Part shown: positions 50,354 to 59,029 of the stretch, in pieces | How positions within the stretch are numbered: position 1 is the first letter of the stretch | Layout: each line of letters starts with the position of its first letter | Sequence record: NC_010821.1 | DNA length: 64,000 nt | Strand: one strand, 5' to 3' | Notes under the pieces: model-generated | Seen by the model: only the letters and a program-made list of their open reading frames with translations | Told to the model about the DNA's origin: nothing | The model's database searches: none | Translations under genes and position numbers: made by a program

Positions 50354-50656
50354 ATGTCCCACAATGAGTTGAGCGAAATTACCTATCAGGGTAACACTTA
50401 CACTCTGATCGATAATACTGAATTCGGTCCAAATGAAACGGCGAACAGTATTTATCACTTCATTAACTGTGCTGAACCGCGTATTATTGACGCCAGTTGT
50501 GTCCACGAAGTTATGGTTTCGGCTGAGTCGTTTGCTGCCGCGATCGAAGAGTTCCATCATACCTACCGTGTACAACACGGCGTGCCCCACACCGTCGAGT
50601 ATATTGGTAATGACCTCAGAGCAAAGACGGCTGACCCACATTTGATCAGCAAATAA
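50354..50656 (+). CDS. Paralogue family C member
   Basis: VMVSAESFAAAI...VEYIGND; GGAG SD. Confidence 0.8.
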   Translation: MSHNELSEITYQGNTYTLIDNTEFGPNETANSIYHFINCAEPRIIDASCVHEVMVSAESFAAAIEEFHHTYRVQHGVPHTVEYIGNDLRAKTADPHLISK

Positions 50657-50669
50657 AAAACGACATATT

Positions 50670-50689
50670 GCCCCTCCTTACGGAGGGGC
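50670..50689. terminator. Bidirectional terminator
   Basis: GCCCCTCC-ttac-GGAGGGGC, nearly identical to the one at 1465. Confidence 0.9.
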
Positions 50690-50695
50690 TTTATT

Positions 50696-51787
50696 TCAAT
50701 TCTTTTTTGACTTAATGTCATCGATCAACTCGGCGATTTGTTTACGGAATATCTTAACAAATTCAGTGTTACCCATTTGATTAAAGATCTGATCGTTAGA
50801 ACCCTCAATCAAGTCAATCATTACAGCGTTGATCTGCGATGCATCATAACCATGGTTACGCATTACCATTCGCACCAAGTACCTTACGTATGGTAACCGT
50901 GCCATGGTCATAGCCCATTGGTTCTGATACGTTACTGGCTCACGTGGTAATTTGATTACCTCAAAGAGATTAGGTTTAACAATCATTGGCGTGATTGCAG
51001 CTAACCCTTCAACTTCAATACCTTTAAGTAATGCCTCAAAATTAATCGATTCCTCGATACGCTTGAGCTTCTCAGAAAGATCCGTAATGTAGAAAGGATG
51101 TGGTGATGGGAAAGGTGTATTAGGTATACCTTGCGATTGTCTATCCAACCGATTAAAGAAAGCAATGTCTAAAAAGCTTTCAATCATACTCGGTAACAGA
51201 ATACTACCCACAAAGCGATAAGCATTCTCAAACTGCATTACACCTTGGGTAGCTTGCCATCTCAACCAGTAACGGTATTGAACCATCAACATAGGAATGT
51301 TAATACTCAGTACACCAAAGGCACGTCCCGGTGTAGTGTTGTTCATGATCGGCAACATCATGTCTGTGCGGGTGTGGTATAGATAGCGAACGGGCTTCAA
51401 AGTACGCCATACCTTACCTAACCCTTCCATCTTAAACTTTTCATAGCTAGCTACAGCGATCTCTTCAGCCTGTGGCCCTAGAGTAATGCCCTTGGAATAG
51501 ATCGTTCCTTTATTAATAGGTGAAACGATTCCCAGTCGTGGGATTACACCTTTAGCCCAACGTTCAACTAAGTTAGCCCACTCAGCATCATCCAACCTTT
51601 CAGTGATTTCAAATTGCTGAATGATCGTAGCAAATAGATTATTCGAGGCTACGTACTTAGGTGCTTTACGATAATAGTTTTGGACATCGTTTATAAGTCC
51701 GGCATACTGACGACGGATATAACCAAGACCAGGGTCTACTGTCTGACCCAACTTCCGATTTGGTGCATCCCGGAATAGTGCATACAT
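50696..51787 (-). CDS. Conserved phiKZ-like protein (gp52-like, probably virion)
   Basis: 363 aa; PVRYLYHTRTD and INIPMLMVQYRYW motifs; isolated minus-strand gene before the chimallin block. Confidence 0.65.
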   Translation of the reverse strand: MYALFRDAPNRKLGQTVDPGLGYIRRQYAGLINDVQNYYRKAPKYVASNNLFATIIQQFEITERLDDAEWANLVERWAKGVIPRLGIVSPINKGTIYSKGITLGPQAEEIAVASYEKFKMEGLGKVWRTLKPVRYLYHTRTDMMLPIMNNTTPGRAFGVLSINIPMLMVQYRYWLRWQATQGVMQFENAYRFVGSILLPSMIESFLDIAFFNRLDRQSQGIPNTPFPSPHPFYITDLSEKLKRIEESINFEALLKGIEVEGLAAITPMIVKPNLFEVIKLPREPVTYQNQWAMTMARLPYVRYLVRMVMRNHGYDASQINAVMIDLIEGSNDQIFNQMGNTEFVKIFRKQIAELIDDIKSKKN

Positions 51788-51853
51788 TATTCTAGTTCCT
51801 GTTATTAGTGAAGCAACATACTGTACGATGCTGAGTATATAACATTGTAGGTC

Positions 51854-51881
51854 AATAGATTTTATTTGAGATTTATATTAC
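51854..51881 (+). promoter_or_regulatory. Early promoter
   Basis: AATAGAT at 51854 and TATATTAC at 51874. Confidence 0.8.
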
Positions 51882-51910
51882 TAATGTGTAAATTAACCAA
51901 GGTATCTGAC

Positions 51911-52087
51911 ATGTCCGTATACTTGATAATAAAGAAGAACAACCCACATTGCTTGTTCAACCCTTTAAATATCCATGACCCTAATATCAATGGGCAACTG
52001 TGGTACGACTGTGTAACACGGTTAGCAGATCGGCTTAATAAACATGCCTCCATGACCCAGATCATTGTAACCAAGCGAGTAAAGTAA
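51911..52087 (+). CDS. 58-aa hypothetical protein
   Basis: ATG 51911 lies downstream of the promoter; the longer track start overlaps it. Confidence 0.65.
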   Translation: MSVYLIIKKNNPHCLFNPLNIHDPNINGQLWYDCVTRLADRLNKHASMTQIIVTKRVK

Positions 52088-52089
52088 AA

Positions 52090-52263
52090 ATGGAACCCCT
52101 TCTTAGTATCACCCGTAAAGCAGCTAACGCCAAGATCACCAGTGAGTTCCTGATGCGTGGGAATAACATTGGATTGTTCCGCAACAGCTATGCTCGACTA
52201 CAACGTAAAATCCGCGAGGGTTCTAATATTGTTGCCATCTACGTCAATAGGAAAACAGCTTAA
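52090..52263 (+). CDS. 57-aa basic hypothetical protein
   Basis: Manual translation MEPLLSITRKAANAK...YVNRKTA; TAATG-coupled to next gene. Confidence 0.65.
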   Translation: MEPLLSITRKAANAKITSEFLMRGNNIGLFRNSYARLQRKIREGSNIVAIYVNRKTA

Positions 52264-52493
52264 TGTTAGCGACATTTCGCATCGAACACTTCGATGATAC
52301 CAACATTACTGAGTTGGTAACGTATGAGCGTAACAGTGTTTACCACATCATCATGATGTTGGAGTTGAATCAGAACGTTAAAGCCTACACGATCACTGCT
52401 GAAGGTGGTCCAGTGGAAGATCCACATCAGACGTATTCTTTCAGCTCGTTGGTCAGTATGTCAAAATACACAACCACTATCAATAAATGGTGA
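52263..52493 (+). CDS. Hypothetical protein
   Basis: LELNQNVKAYTI, similar to 45976-46191. Confidence 0.7.
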   Translation: MLATFRIEHFDDTNITELVTYERNSVYHIIMMLELNQNVKAYTITAEGGPVEDPHQTYSFSSLVSMSKYTTTINKW

Positions 52494-52496
52494 GTC

Positions 52497-52787
52497 ATGA
52501 TTACTCGTGGAAAACGAACCTACTTAGTTAACCTGTTCCGACCTGACGGTTTCTTTACATATAAAGGAAAGCTTTCTCTAAAGGCTGGTAATCAGATCTT
52601 GATCGGCATGGTACCCGTATCGGTAACCCCGCCACCATTTGACAACCCTGAAGTAGTCCAGATTGATTTTGATGTAATGAAGGGCGACTTAGCTGTAATG
52701 CCATCTATCCCAGATGACATAACCGCGTTTCTCAATGAATGGTCATCGACATTCAGTTCATCGCTAGCCCCAAGGATTATTCTTTAA
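52497..52787 (+). CDS. Hypothetical protein
   Basis: ORF track. Confidence 0.7.
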   Translation: MITRGKRTYLVNLFRPDGFFTYKGKLSLKAGNQILIGMVPVSVTPPPFDNPEVVQIDFDVMKGDLAVMPSIPDDITAFLNEWSSTFSSSLAPRIIL

Positions 52788-53092
52788 TGACTAGACTTTC
52801 AGATGTACCTCTTTCTGAACTACGTACTGACGAAGGTTGGTTAATCAGTGCAACTGGCACTCGTGGTAAGATTACAGCTATTACGTCTACTACTTCAGGC
52901 AACCAGTTTAAGACTCGGTTGCGCATCACTTGGGACAACGGCTTAGAGTCGTATGCAAAGTGGCCACATGAATGTAATAACATTCAAGTTGATGATCGTT
53001 ATCAGCATATCCTGTGCAAACCATACGTAAATGCGCGTGTTGAAGAACTGCTGGCTAACGTAGATTACCTCAAACAATTCGAAGCAGAATAA
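52787..53092 (+). CDS. Hypothetical protein (SH3-like beta pattern)
   Basis: TAATG-coupled ATG 52787; GTRGKITAI...LRITWDNG. Confidence 0.7.
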   Translation: MTRLSDVPLSELRTDEGWLISATGTRGKITAITSTTSGNQFKTRLRITWDNGLESYAKWPHECNNIQVDDRYQHILCKPYVNARVEELLANVDYLKQFEAE

Positions 53093-53175
53093 TAATTTAC
53101 TTGCATGTACCATCTAGTAGAGGAAGTGCTGTTACGGACTTCCAATACTCGTTTATTCCTCATCGGAGTGACACA

Positions 53176-53391
53176 ATGGCCAAGTTCTCGGCAGTTATCA
53201 GTTGGGGTGGTAAAGCGAATAAAGTTGAAGTCAACGATTCTCGCTACCCGCATCCATTCACTATCCCAACTCTCGGTGAGATTGAAATCACCATCGATGC
53301 TGCGGATAGTAAAGAAGCAATCATTAAGTTTGACGAGATTGCTCGTAGCTTTAATGACCGTGCACAATTGGTCATTGAATCTATCCGATAA
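53176..53391 (+). CDS. Hypothetical protein
   Basis: GGAG SD before ATG 53176. Confidence 0.7.
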   Translation: MAKFSAVISWGGKANKVEVNDSRYPHPFTIPTLGEIEITIDAADSKEAIIKFDEIARSFNDRAQLVIESIR

Positions 53392-53503
53392 CTTAAGAGA
53401 TACTTTTTGTCGTATCTTATGTAGCACACTCAACCGTGTTACATCCCAGGCGAATATAGCCTGATAACCAGACTATGATGCCTGAACCCTCAGTAATGTT
53501 GAG

Positions 53504-53531
53504 ATTAGAAAAAATCTCAGATTTATATTAC
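53504..53531 (+). promoter_or_regulatory. Early promoter of chimallin
   Basis: ATTAGAA at 53504 and TATATTAC at 53524, about 75 nt before the ATG. Confidence 0.8.
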
Positions 53532-53605
53532 TACTGTGAATCTCAGTACAAGGTTCACTTGCATCAACTTGATCAAGCATTAAAAACACACTAAAGGAAA
53601 GAATC

Positions 53606-55501
53606 ATGATTCGTGACACCGCAACCAACACCACCCAAACTCAAGCTGCTCCGCAACAAGCTCCAGCTCAACAGTTCACTCAAGCTCCACAGGAAAAACC
53701 AATGCAATCGACTCAATCGCAACCAACTCCATCGTACGCTGGTACCGGTGGTATCAATTCCCAGTTCACTCGTTCCGGTAACGTCCAAGGTGGCGATGCT
53801 CGTGCTAGCGAGGCTCTGACTGTATTCACTCGTCTGAAAGAACAGGCCGTCGCTCAACAAGATCTGGCCGATGACTTCAGCATCCTGCGATTCGATCGTG
53901 ACCAGCACCAAGTAGGTTGGTCGTCTCTGGTTATCGCAAAACAAATCTCTCTGAACGGTCAGCCGGTAATCGCTGTTCGTCCTCTGATCCTGCCTAACAA
54001 CTCGATCGAGCTGCCGAAGCGTAAAACCAACATCGTCAACGGTATGCAGACTGACGTAATCGAATCCGACATCGACGTTGGTACCGTGTTCTCCGCTCAG
54101 TACTTCAACCGTCTGTCCACCTACGTACAGAACACTCTGGGTAAGCCAGGTGCTAAAGTCGTACTGGCTGGTCCATTCCCGATCCCTGCGGATCTGGTTC
54201 TGAAGGACTCCGAGCTGCAACTGCGTAACCTGCTGATCAAATCGGTCAACGCATGTGACGACATTCTGGCTCTGCACTCCGGTGAGCGTCCTTTCACCAT
54301 CGCTGGTCTGAAAGGTCAGCAAGGTGAGACTCTGGCTGCTAAGGTAGATATCCGTACTCAGCCTCTGCACGACACCGTTGGTAACCCAATCCGTGCTGAC
54401 ATCGTAGTAACTACTCAACGTGTTCGCCGTAATGGTCAACAAGAGAACGAGTTCTACGAGACCGACGTTAAGCTGAACCAAGTGGCAATGTTCACTAACC
54501 TTGAACGTACTCCACAGGCTCAGGCACAAACCCTGTTCCCTAACCAGCAGCAAGTAGCTACTCCAGCTCCTTGGGTTGCTTCGGTAGTAATTACCGACGT
54601 ACGTAACGCTGACGGTATTCAGGCTAACACTCCTGAAATGTACTGGTTCGCTCTGTCTAACGCATTCCGTTCGACTCACGGTCACGCATGGGCTCGCCCA
54701 TTCCTGCCGATGACTGGCGTTGCTAAAGACATGAAGGACATCGGTGCACTGGGTTGGATGTCGGCTCTGCGTAACCGCATCGACACCAAAGCAGCTAACT
54801 TCGATGACGCTCAATTCGGTCAACTGATGCTGAGTCAGGTTCAACCTAACCCAGTGTTCCAGATCGACCTGAACCGTATGGGCGAGACTGCTCAGATGGA
54901 CAGCCTGCAACTGGACGCCGCTGGTGGCCCTAACGCACAGAAGGCTGCTGCAACCATCATCCGTCAGATCAACAATCTGGGCGGTGGCGGTTTCGAGCGT
55001 TTCTTCGATCACACCACTCAGCCTATCCTCGAGCGCACCGGTCAAGTGATTGATCTGGGTAACTGGTTCGATGGTGATGAGAAGCGTGACCGTCGTGACC
55101 TCGACAACCTGGCTGCACTGAACGCTGCTGAAGGTAACGAGAACGAGTTCTGGGGCTTCTACGGTGCTCAGCTTAACCCGAACCTGCACCCAGACCTGCG
55201 TAACCGTCAGTCGCGTAACTACGACCGTCAATACCTGGGTAGCACTGTTACCTACACCGGTAAAGCCGAACGTTGCACTTACAACGCTAAGTTCATCGAA
55301 GCGCTGGACCGTTACCTGGCTGAAGCTGGTCTGCAAATCACCATGGATAACACCTCGGTGCTGAACAGCGGTCAACGCTTCATGGGTAACTCGGTAATCG
55401 GTAACAACATGGTTAGCGGTCAAGCTCAGGTTCACTCGGCTTACGCTGGTACTCAGGGTTTCAACACCCAGTACCAAACTGGCCCATCCAGCTTCTACTA
55501 A
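53606..55501 (+). CDS. chmA: Chimallin (ChmA/PhuN), major nuclear shell protein
   Basis: 631 aa; Q/P-rich disordered N-terminus; C-terminal QYQTGPSSFY; very strong codon bias; sits before nvRNAP beta' as in the gp105-gp107 and phiKZ gp54-gp55 arrangement. Confidence 0.95.
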   Translation: MIRDTATNTTQTQAAPQQAPAQQFTQAPQEKPMQSTQSQPTPSYAGTGGINSQFTRSGNVQGGDARASEALTVFTRLKEQAVAQQDLADDFSILRFDRDQHQVGWSSLVIAKQISLNGQPVIAVRPLILPNNSIELPKRKTNIVNGMQTDVIESDIDVGTVFSAQYFNRLSTYVQNTLGKPGAKVVLAGPFPIPADLVLKDSELQLRNLLIKSVNACDDILALHSGERPFTIAGLKGQQGETLAAKVDIRTQPLHDTVGNPIRADIVVTTQRVRRNGQQENEFYETDVKLNQVAMFTNLERTPQAQAQTLFPNQQQVATPAPWVASVVITDVRNADGIQANTPEMYWFALSNAFRSTHGHAWARPFLPMTGVAKDMKDIGALGWMSALRNRIDTKAANFDDAQFGQLMLSQVQPNPVFQIDLNRMGETAQMDSLQLDAAGGPNAQKAAATIIRQINNLGGGGFERFFDHTTQPILERTGQVIDLGNWFDGDEKRDRRDLDNLAALNAAEGNENEFWGFYGAQLNPNLHPDLRNRQSRNYDRQYLGSTVTYTGKAERCTYNAKFIEALDRYLAEAGLQITMDNTSVLNSGQRFMGNSVIGNNMVSGQAQVHSAYAGTQGFNTQYQTGPSSFY

Positions 55502-55512
55502 GTTGTAACCAA

Positions 55513-55654
55513 ATTGGGATCGAAAGGTCCCAATGTGGACACCACCTAAATACTGGCTAAAGGTGTTCACTATTGAAACCCACCGCTTAACTCGATATTC
55601 GAGAGTGTCATGTAACAGTGACACTTTGTGGTTAATAATACCAGTTAGATCTGG
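55513..55654 (+). other. Multi-hairpin non-coding segment (structured 3' UTR or small RNA candidate)
   Basis: Stems at 55513-55534, 55535-55570, 55591-55603, 55602-55627 (overlaps the previous stem by 2 nt) and 55641-55654. Confidence 0.5.
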
Positions 55655-55666
55655 ACCAATAGACGG

Positions 55667-55686
55667 GCTACTCCTTCGGGAGTAGC
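55667..55686 (+). terminator. Intrinsic terminator closing the chimallin transcript
   Basis: GCTACTCC-ttcg-GGAGTAGC followed by TTTT. Confidence 0.9.
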
Positions 55687-55726
55687 TTTTCTATTCCTTT
55701 TTTTGTAATTACTAATAGGTGGAAAG

Positions 55727-56293
55727 ATGCGAGTAGCTCGTTTTAACGATGTCGAACCAGAACGTATTGTCCCGCTTGTAAATGCAAGCACCATGGATAA
55801 TTTCTATCCCGGTGATGTGGCACGCCTTGTCACCTACGTAGATCATGTTGGTCTGACGGCACCGCTGAAGTTTGGTAAGCGATTTGATCTGTTGGGCATG
55901 GCAGGTGAGGACGACCCGTTTAAAGTAATCGATCCAGCAATGTGTATTGAAACCGTTTACTTCAAGGTGAATGATGTTCTGTACGCCGGCTATGCCAAAG
56001 GTGAGAAAGGTAATGTCACACAGGCGCATTTGTTGGGAGATACTCGACGAGTTACCATTGATTGGACCCATGAACATGTTTATATGGATTCTGAACGCCC
56101 AGCATATTTCGATGGCGTAGATACCAGTAAGATCCCAGTGGGTGTATTCCAATTCAACATCACTGGCGAGGTTCAGATCAGTAAAGGTATCGTTGAATTC
56201 AATGCAACTGTTATTGAACAATCTGAGGGGTTGAATGTAGAGCTAGTTGGTTATGACCTTCTGGCATATTACAGTAAAAATAGCGGAGATTAA
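55727..56293 (+). CDS. Hypothetical protein resembling part of phiKZ-type major capsid protein
   Basis: APLKFGKRFDLLG...IDPAMCIETVYFKV and FNITGEVQISKG...LVGYDLLAY resemble an MCP segment as I recall it; inference. Confidence 0.55.
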   Translation: MRVARFNDVEPERIVPLVNASTMDNFYPGDVARLVTYVDHVGLTAPLKFGKRFDLLGMAGEDDPFKVIDPAMCIETVYFKVNDVLYAGYAKGEKGNVTQAHLLGDTRRVTIDWTHEHVYMDSERPAYFDGVDTSKIPVGVFQFNITGEVQISKGIVEFNATVIEQSEGLNVELVGYDLLAYYSKNSGD

Positions 56294-56295
56294 AT

Positions 56296-56367
56296 ATGGC
56301 GCTGGTTCATTGGCGATGCCGAAACTGTGGTATGACGAAATGTCTGTGTATTAAGCTTGGCAAGTGA
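56296..56367 (+). CDS. 23-aa Cys-rich micro-ORF
   Basis: MALVHWRCRNCGMTKCLCIKLGK; GGAG SD at 56285; fits exactly between two genes. Confidence 0.5.
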   Translation: MALVHWRCRNCGMTKCLCIKLGK

Positions 56368-56375
56368 GGTTGTGA

Positions 56376-57839
56376 ATGGGGTTGTATTTGGAAGTAGTGG
56401 ATCTCGATGAGGTTCATGATAACTTTAAAGGTAAGATGATTTATGCCAATGACTTCAATACCGGTACTGTAGAAGGTAAAGAAGCATTCCACCAACATTT
56501 CTATTCTCACTATAAGGATTCCGAAGCTGTAGAGAACTCGGCTAGTTGTGATTGTGAATACCTAGATGAAGCACACTTCCTCGGGGTGATCTGTGAGAAC
56601 TGCGGTAGTCCAGTAGTCTCGACCAGTAACCGACCGATTGTACCATCGATGTGGATTCGTGCACCAGAAGGCGTTGATCGAATGATCACACCTCAACTCT
56701 GGATCATGTTGTCTAATTATCTCACGATGAAGGAATTCGACTTCCTCGAATATCTTACCAACACGAGTTATAATTACGATGACGCAAACATTACGTCTAA
56801 AGAAACTCGACGTAAAGTCGGTAAGTTGCTGGCCAAAGGATTCCCACGTGGTCTGAATAACTTCGTTCAGAACTTCGATGAGATCTTCCAGTTCTTACTG
56901 GATGCTAACATCATCAACACCAACAAAGGTGAGATGGCCGCATTCGTAAGAGCTAACAAGCACAAGATGTTCCCAAGACATATCCCGATTCCATCTAAAC
57001 TATGTTTCGTAGCTGAATCGACCACGTCTGGTAACTATCTCGATGAACCTATTGGACCAGCTATCGAAGCCGTACTGACGTTCTGTAGTATCGGTAGTAG
57101 CCCAATCCCAATTAAACCACAAACCGTTCAGAACCGTGTTGCAGAGTCTCTGAAGAACATTTCGGTGTATCACAAGAACCTTGCCAAAACACGTATTGCA
57201 CAGAAGCCGGGTTTGGTTCGTCGACACGTACTGGGTGGCCGTTTGAACTTTACTGGTCGTGGTGTAATTACATCGATCAGTGATCCACATGACTACGATG
57301 AACTCCATGTAAGCTGGGGTATCATGTGTCAGCTGATGAAATATCATCTGGTCAACAAGCTCAAGCGTAAGATGCGTTGGACTAGTCGTAAGGCTACTCA
57401 ACACATCTATGAACATACTTTGCAGTATTGCCCGATCTTGGATGAGTGCTTTAAAGAACTCATTGCAGAGTCTAACTACAAGGGTATTGGTGTAACCTTT
57501 CACCGAAATCCGACATTGCAACGTGGCTCTACTCAACGCTTCTTTATTACTAAGGTTAAGACTGACCTTCGTGATAACTCCATCAGTATGTCGGTACTGT
57601 GCCTCAAGGCACCTAACGCCGACTTCGATGGTGACCAACTTAATATGACCCTGCTGCCAGACAACTATCTGGTAGACGCGTGTGAGCGTATTGCACCACA
57701 CACTTGGGTACACTCCACTGACGATCCACATCAACTGTCTGGTAACCTTGAACTGCAAGGTCCAGTAGTAGAGACTGTCGTTAACTATGGTCACGAAGAT
57801 TATCTTCCACCTCTGGAAGAATGGTTGGCCGGACATTAA
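56376..57839 (+). CDS. Non-virion RNA polymerase beta' subunit, N-terminal part (phiKZ gp55-like)
   Basis: Zn-binding CDC...CENC; GGRLNFTGRGVI; HRNPTLQRGS; catalytic APNADFDGD. Confidence 0.93.
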   Translation: MGLYLEVVDLDEVHDNFKGKMIYANDFNTGTVEGKEAFHQHFYSHYKDSEAVENSASCDCEYLDEAHFLGVICENCGSPVVSTSNRPIVPSMWIRAPEGVDRMITPQLWIMLSNYLTMKEFDFLEYLTNTSYNYDDANITSKETRRKVGKLLAKGFPRGLNNFVQNFDEIFQFLLDANIINTNKGEMAAFVRANKHKMFPRHIPIPSKLCFVAESTTSGNYLDEPIGPAIEAVLTFCSIGSSPIPIKPQTVQNRVAESLKNISVYHKNLAKTRIAQKPGLVRRHVLGGRLNFTGRGVITSISDPHDYDELHVSWGIMCQLMKYHLVNKLKRKMRWTSRKATQHIYEHTLQYCPILDECFKELIAESNYKGIGVTFHRNPTLQRGSTQRFFITKVKTDLRDNSISMSVLCLKAPNADFDGDQLNMTLLPDNYLVDACERIAPHTWVHSTDDPHQLSGNLELQGPVVETVVNYGHEDYLPPLEEWLAGH

Positions 57840-57851
57840 GAGGAATACTAG

Positions 57852-58280
57852 ATGGGCTTAGTACTGAAGTTTGACAAAACTGACGAAGGTCTAATGCTCG
57901 ATGGTAATCCAGTTACGATCTCCCTCGGTGGCCAAGGCTGCCGAGTGGAGGCTAGCTCGATTTCATTGACCTATACGTTACCAAAGTCACAGTTACCCGA
58001 GGGCAGTAAGCACGAAATCTCATACACCTTCAAAGCTGATTCCGAAGGCGTGATCCAATCGGTCACCACTAACCGAACTGAGTTGGTGCGGAACGCTACC
58101 GGTAATCGCTGGTACACTGATCGATTCCCAGATGAAACGACGGTTTACCTAGTCTATAACGCATCTGTATTGGACTACTTTAAAGTTACCGTAGGTGATA
58201 CCAGAATGGCTATTAAAGACTACTTGGTAATTCGACCTAAAGAAAAACATAATAATCCACTTGATCACATTGGGTGGTAA
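57852..58280 (+). CDS. Hypothetical protein
   Basis: GAGGA SD. Confidence 0.75.
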   Translation: MGLVLKFDKTDEGLMLDGNPVTISLGGQGCRVEASSISLTYTLPKSQLPEGSKHEISYTFKADSEGVIQSVTTNRTELVRNATGNRWYTDRFPDETTVYLVYNASVLDYFKVTVGDTRMAIKDYLVIRPKEKHNNPLDHIGW

Positions 58281-58807
58281 GGATGTTTAACTTTAAGCGG
58301 TGGTGGCATAAACCGATACCCGTTGAGGTACCGGTTATAGCTGAAGAGTCAAAGATAGACCCGGTGGTAATCGAATGGCAACGTCGGGTCAAAGAGTTTT
58401 ATAGTGCTCGACGCAAAAACGCAAGGTCAATGAGTACATTCGATAAATACTGTTTCATCAGAGGGATTAACTTCGACTGTTATGAAGACTGCGAAAGACT
58501 GTATCGAAAGCTAGGTAATCCAGATATAGATCTACATATCGAATTTAGGCTCGATAAAGACCTGTTGGCCGCGAGCTTGCTTATTCCAGACGAGCGTCCA
58601 ACAGACGACCAGTTGATTAACGCGCAGCTCTTTTATGAGCAACTGGTTAAAACCATAGATACCGATCTATGGGACAATACACCTCACAAGTTCTACGCTG
58701 GTAACGACGTCGATGTGATGGAACATTATCTTCGTAGTCAATTCAACCTATTCGATTATGAGCTATCGGTGTCGGTATCCGCTTACATCTGGTGGAGTTT
58801 AGCCTGA
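58274..58807 (+). CDS. Hypothetical protein; frame stays open after its TGA
   Basis: ORF track; see finding on 58808-59029. Confidence 0.75.
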   Translation: MVRMFNFKRWWHKPIPVEVPVIAEESKIDPVVIEWQRRVKEFYSARRKNARSMSTFDKYCFIRGINFDCYEDCERLYRKLGNPDIDLHIEFRLDKDLLAASLLIPDERPTDDQLINAQLFYEQLVKTIDTDLWDNTPHKFYAGNDVDVMEHYLRSQFNLFDYELSVSVSAYIWWSLA

Positions 58808-59029
58808 AAGCCTAAAGGTATTCGTTGCCATACGCATGTCATAGACGCATGCCGTCATCACGGAGATATCTTCGACTATTATTACGACCACATCCGTAAA
58901 GCGATTAGGTTAGTAGAGAACTGGGCTGGGTGTAATCTTGGTTGTTGTGATTTCCCAGATGAAATCGAACCTTGTCCCGTCTTATGGTACGAACATGAAT
59001 GTCGATTCAAAAGACCAAAGGATAAAGCT

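Noticed and set aside
53591-55624. 677-aa antisense ORF covering chimallin
   Set aside because: It is in codon register with chmA. It stays open because this highly biased gene avoids TTA, CTA and TCA codons. No SD, promoter or protein motif supports it.
55502-55700. Known ribozyme or tRNA in the chmA 3' region
   Set aside because: No hammerhead CUGANGA core or T-loop/anticodon arrangement seen; kept only as an unclassified structured region
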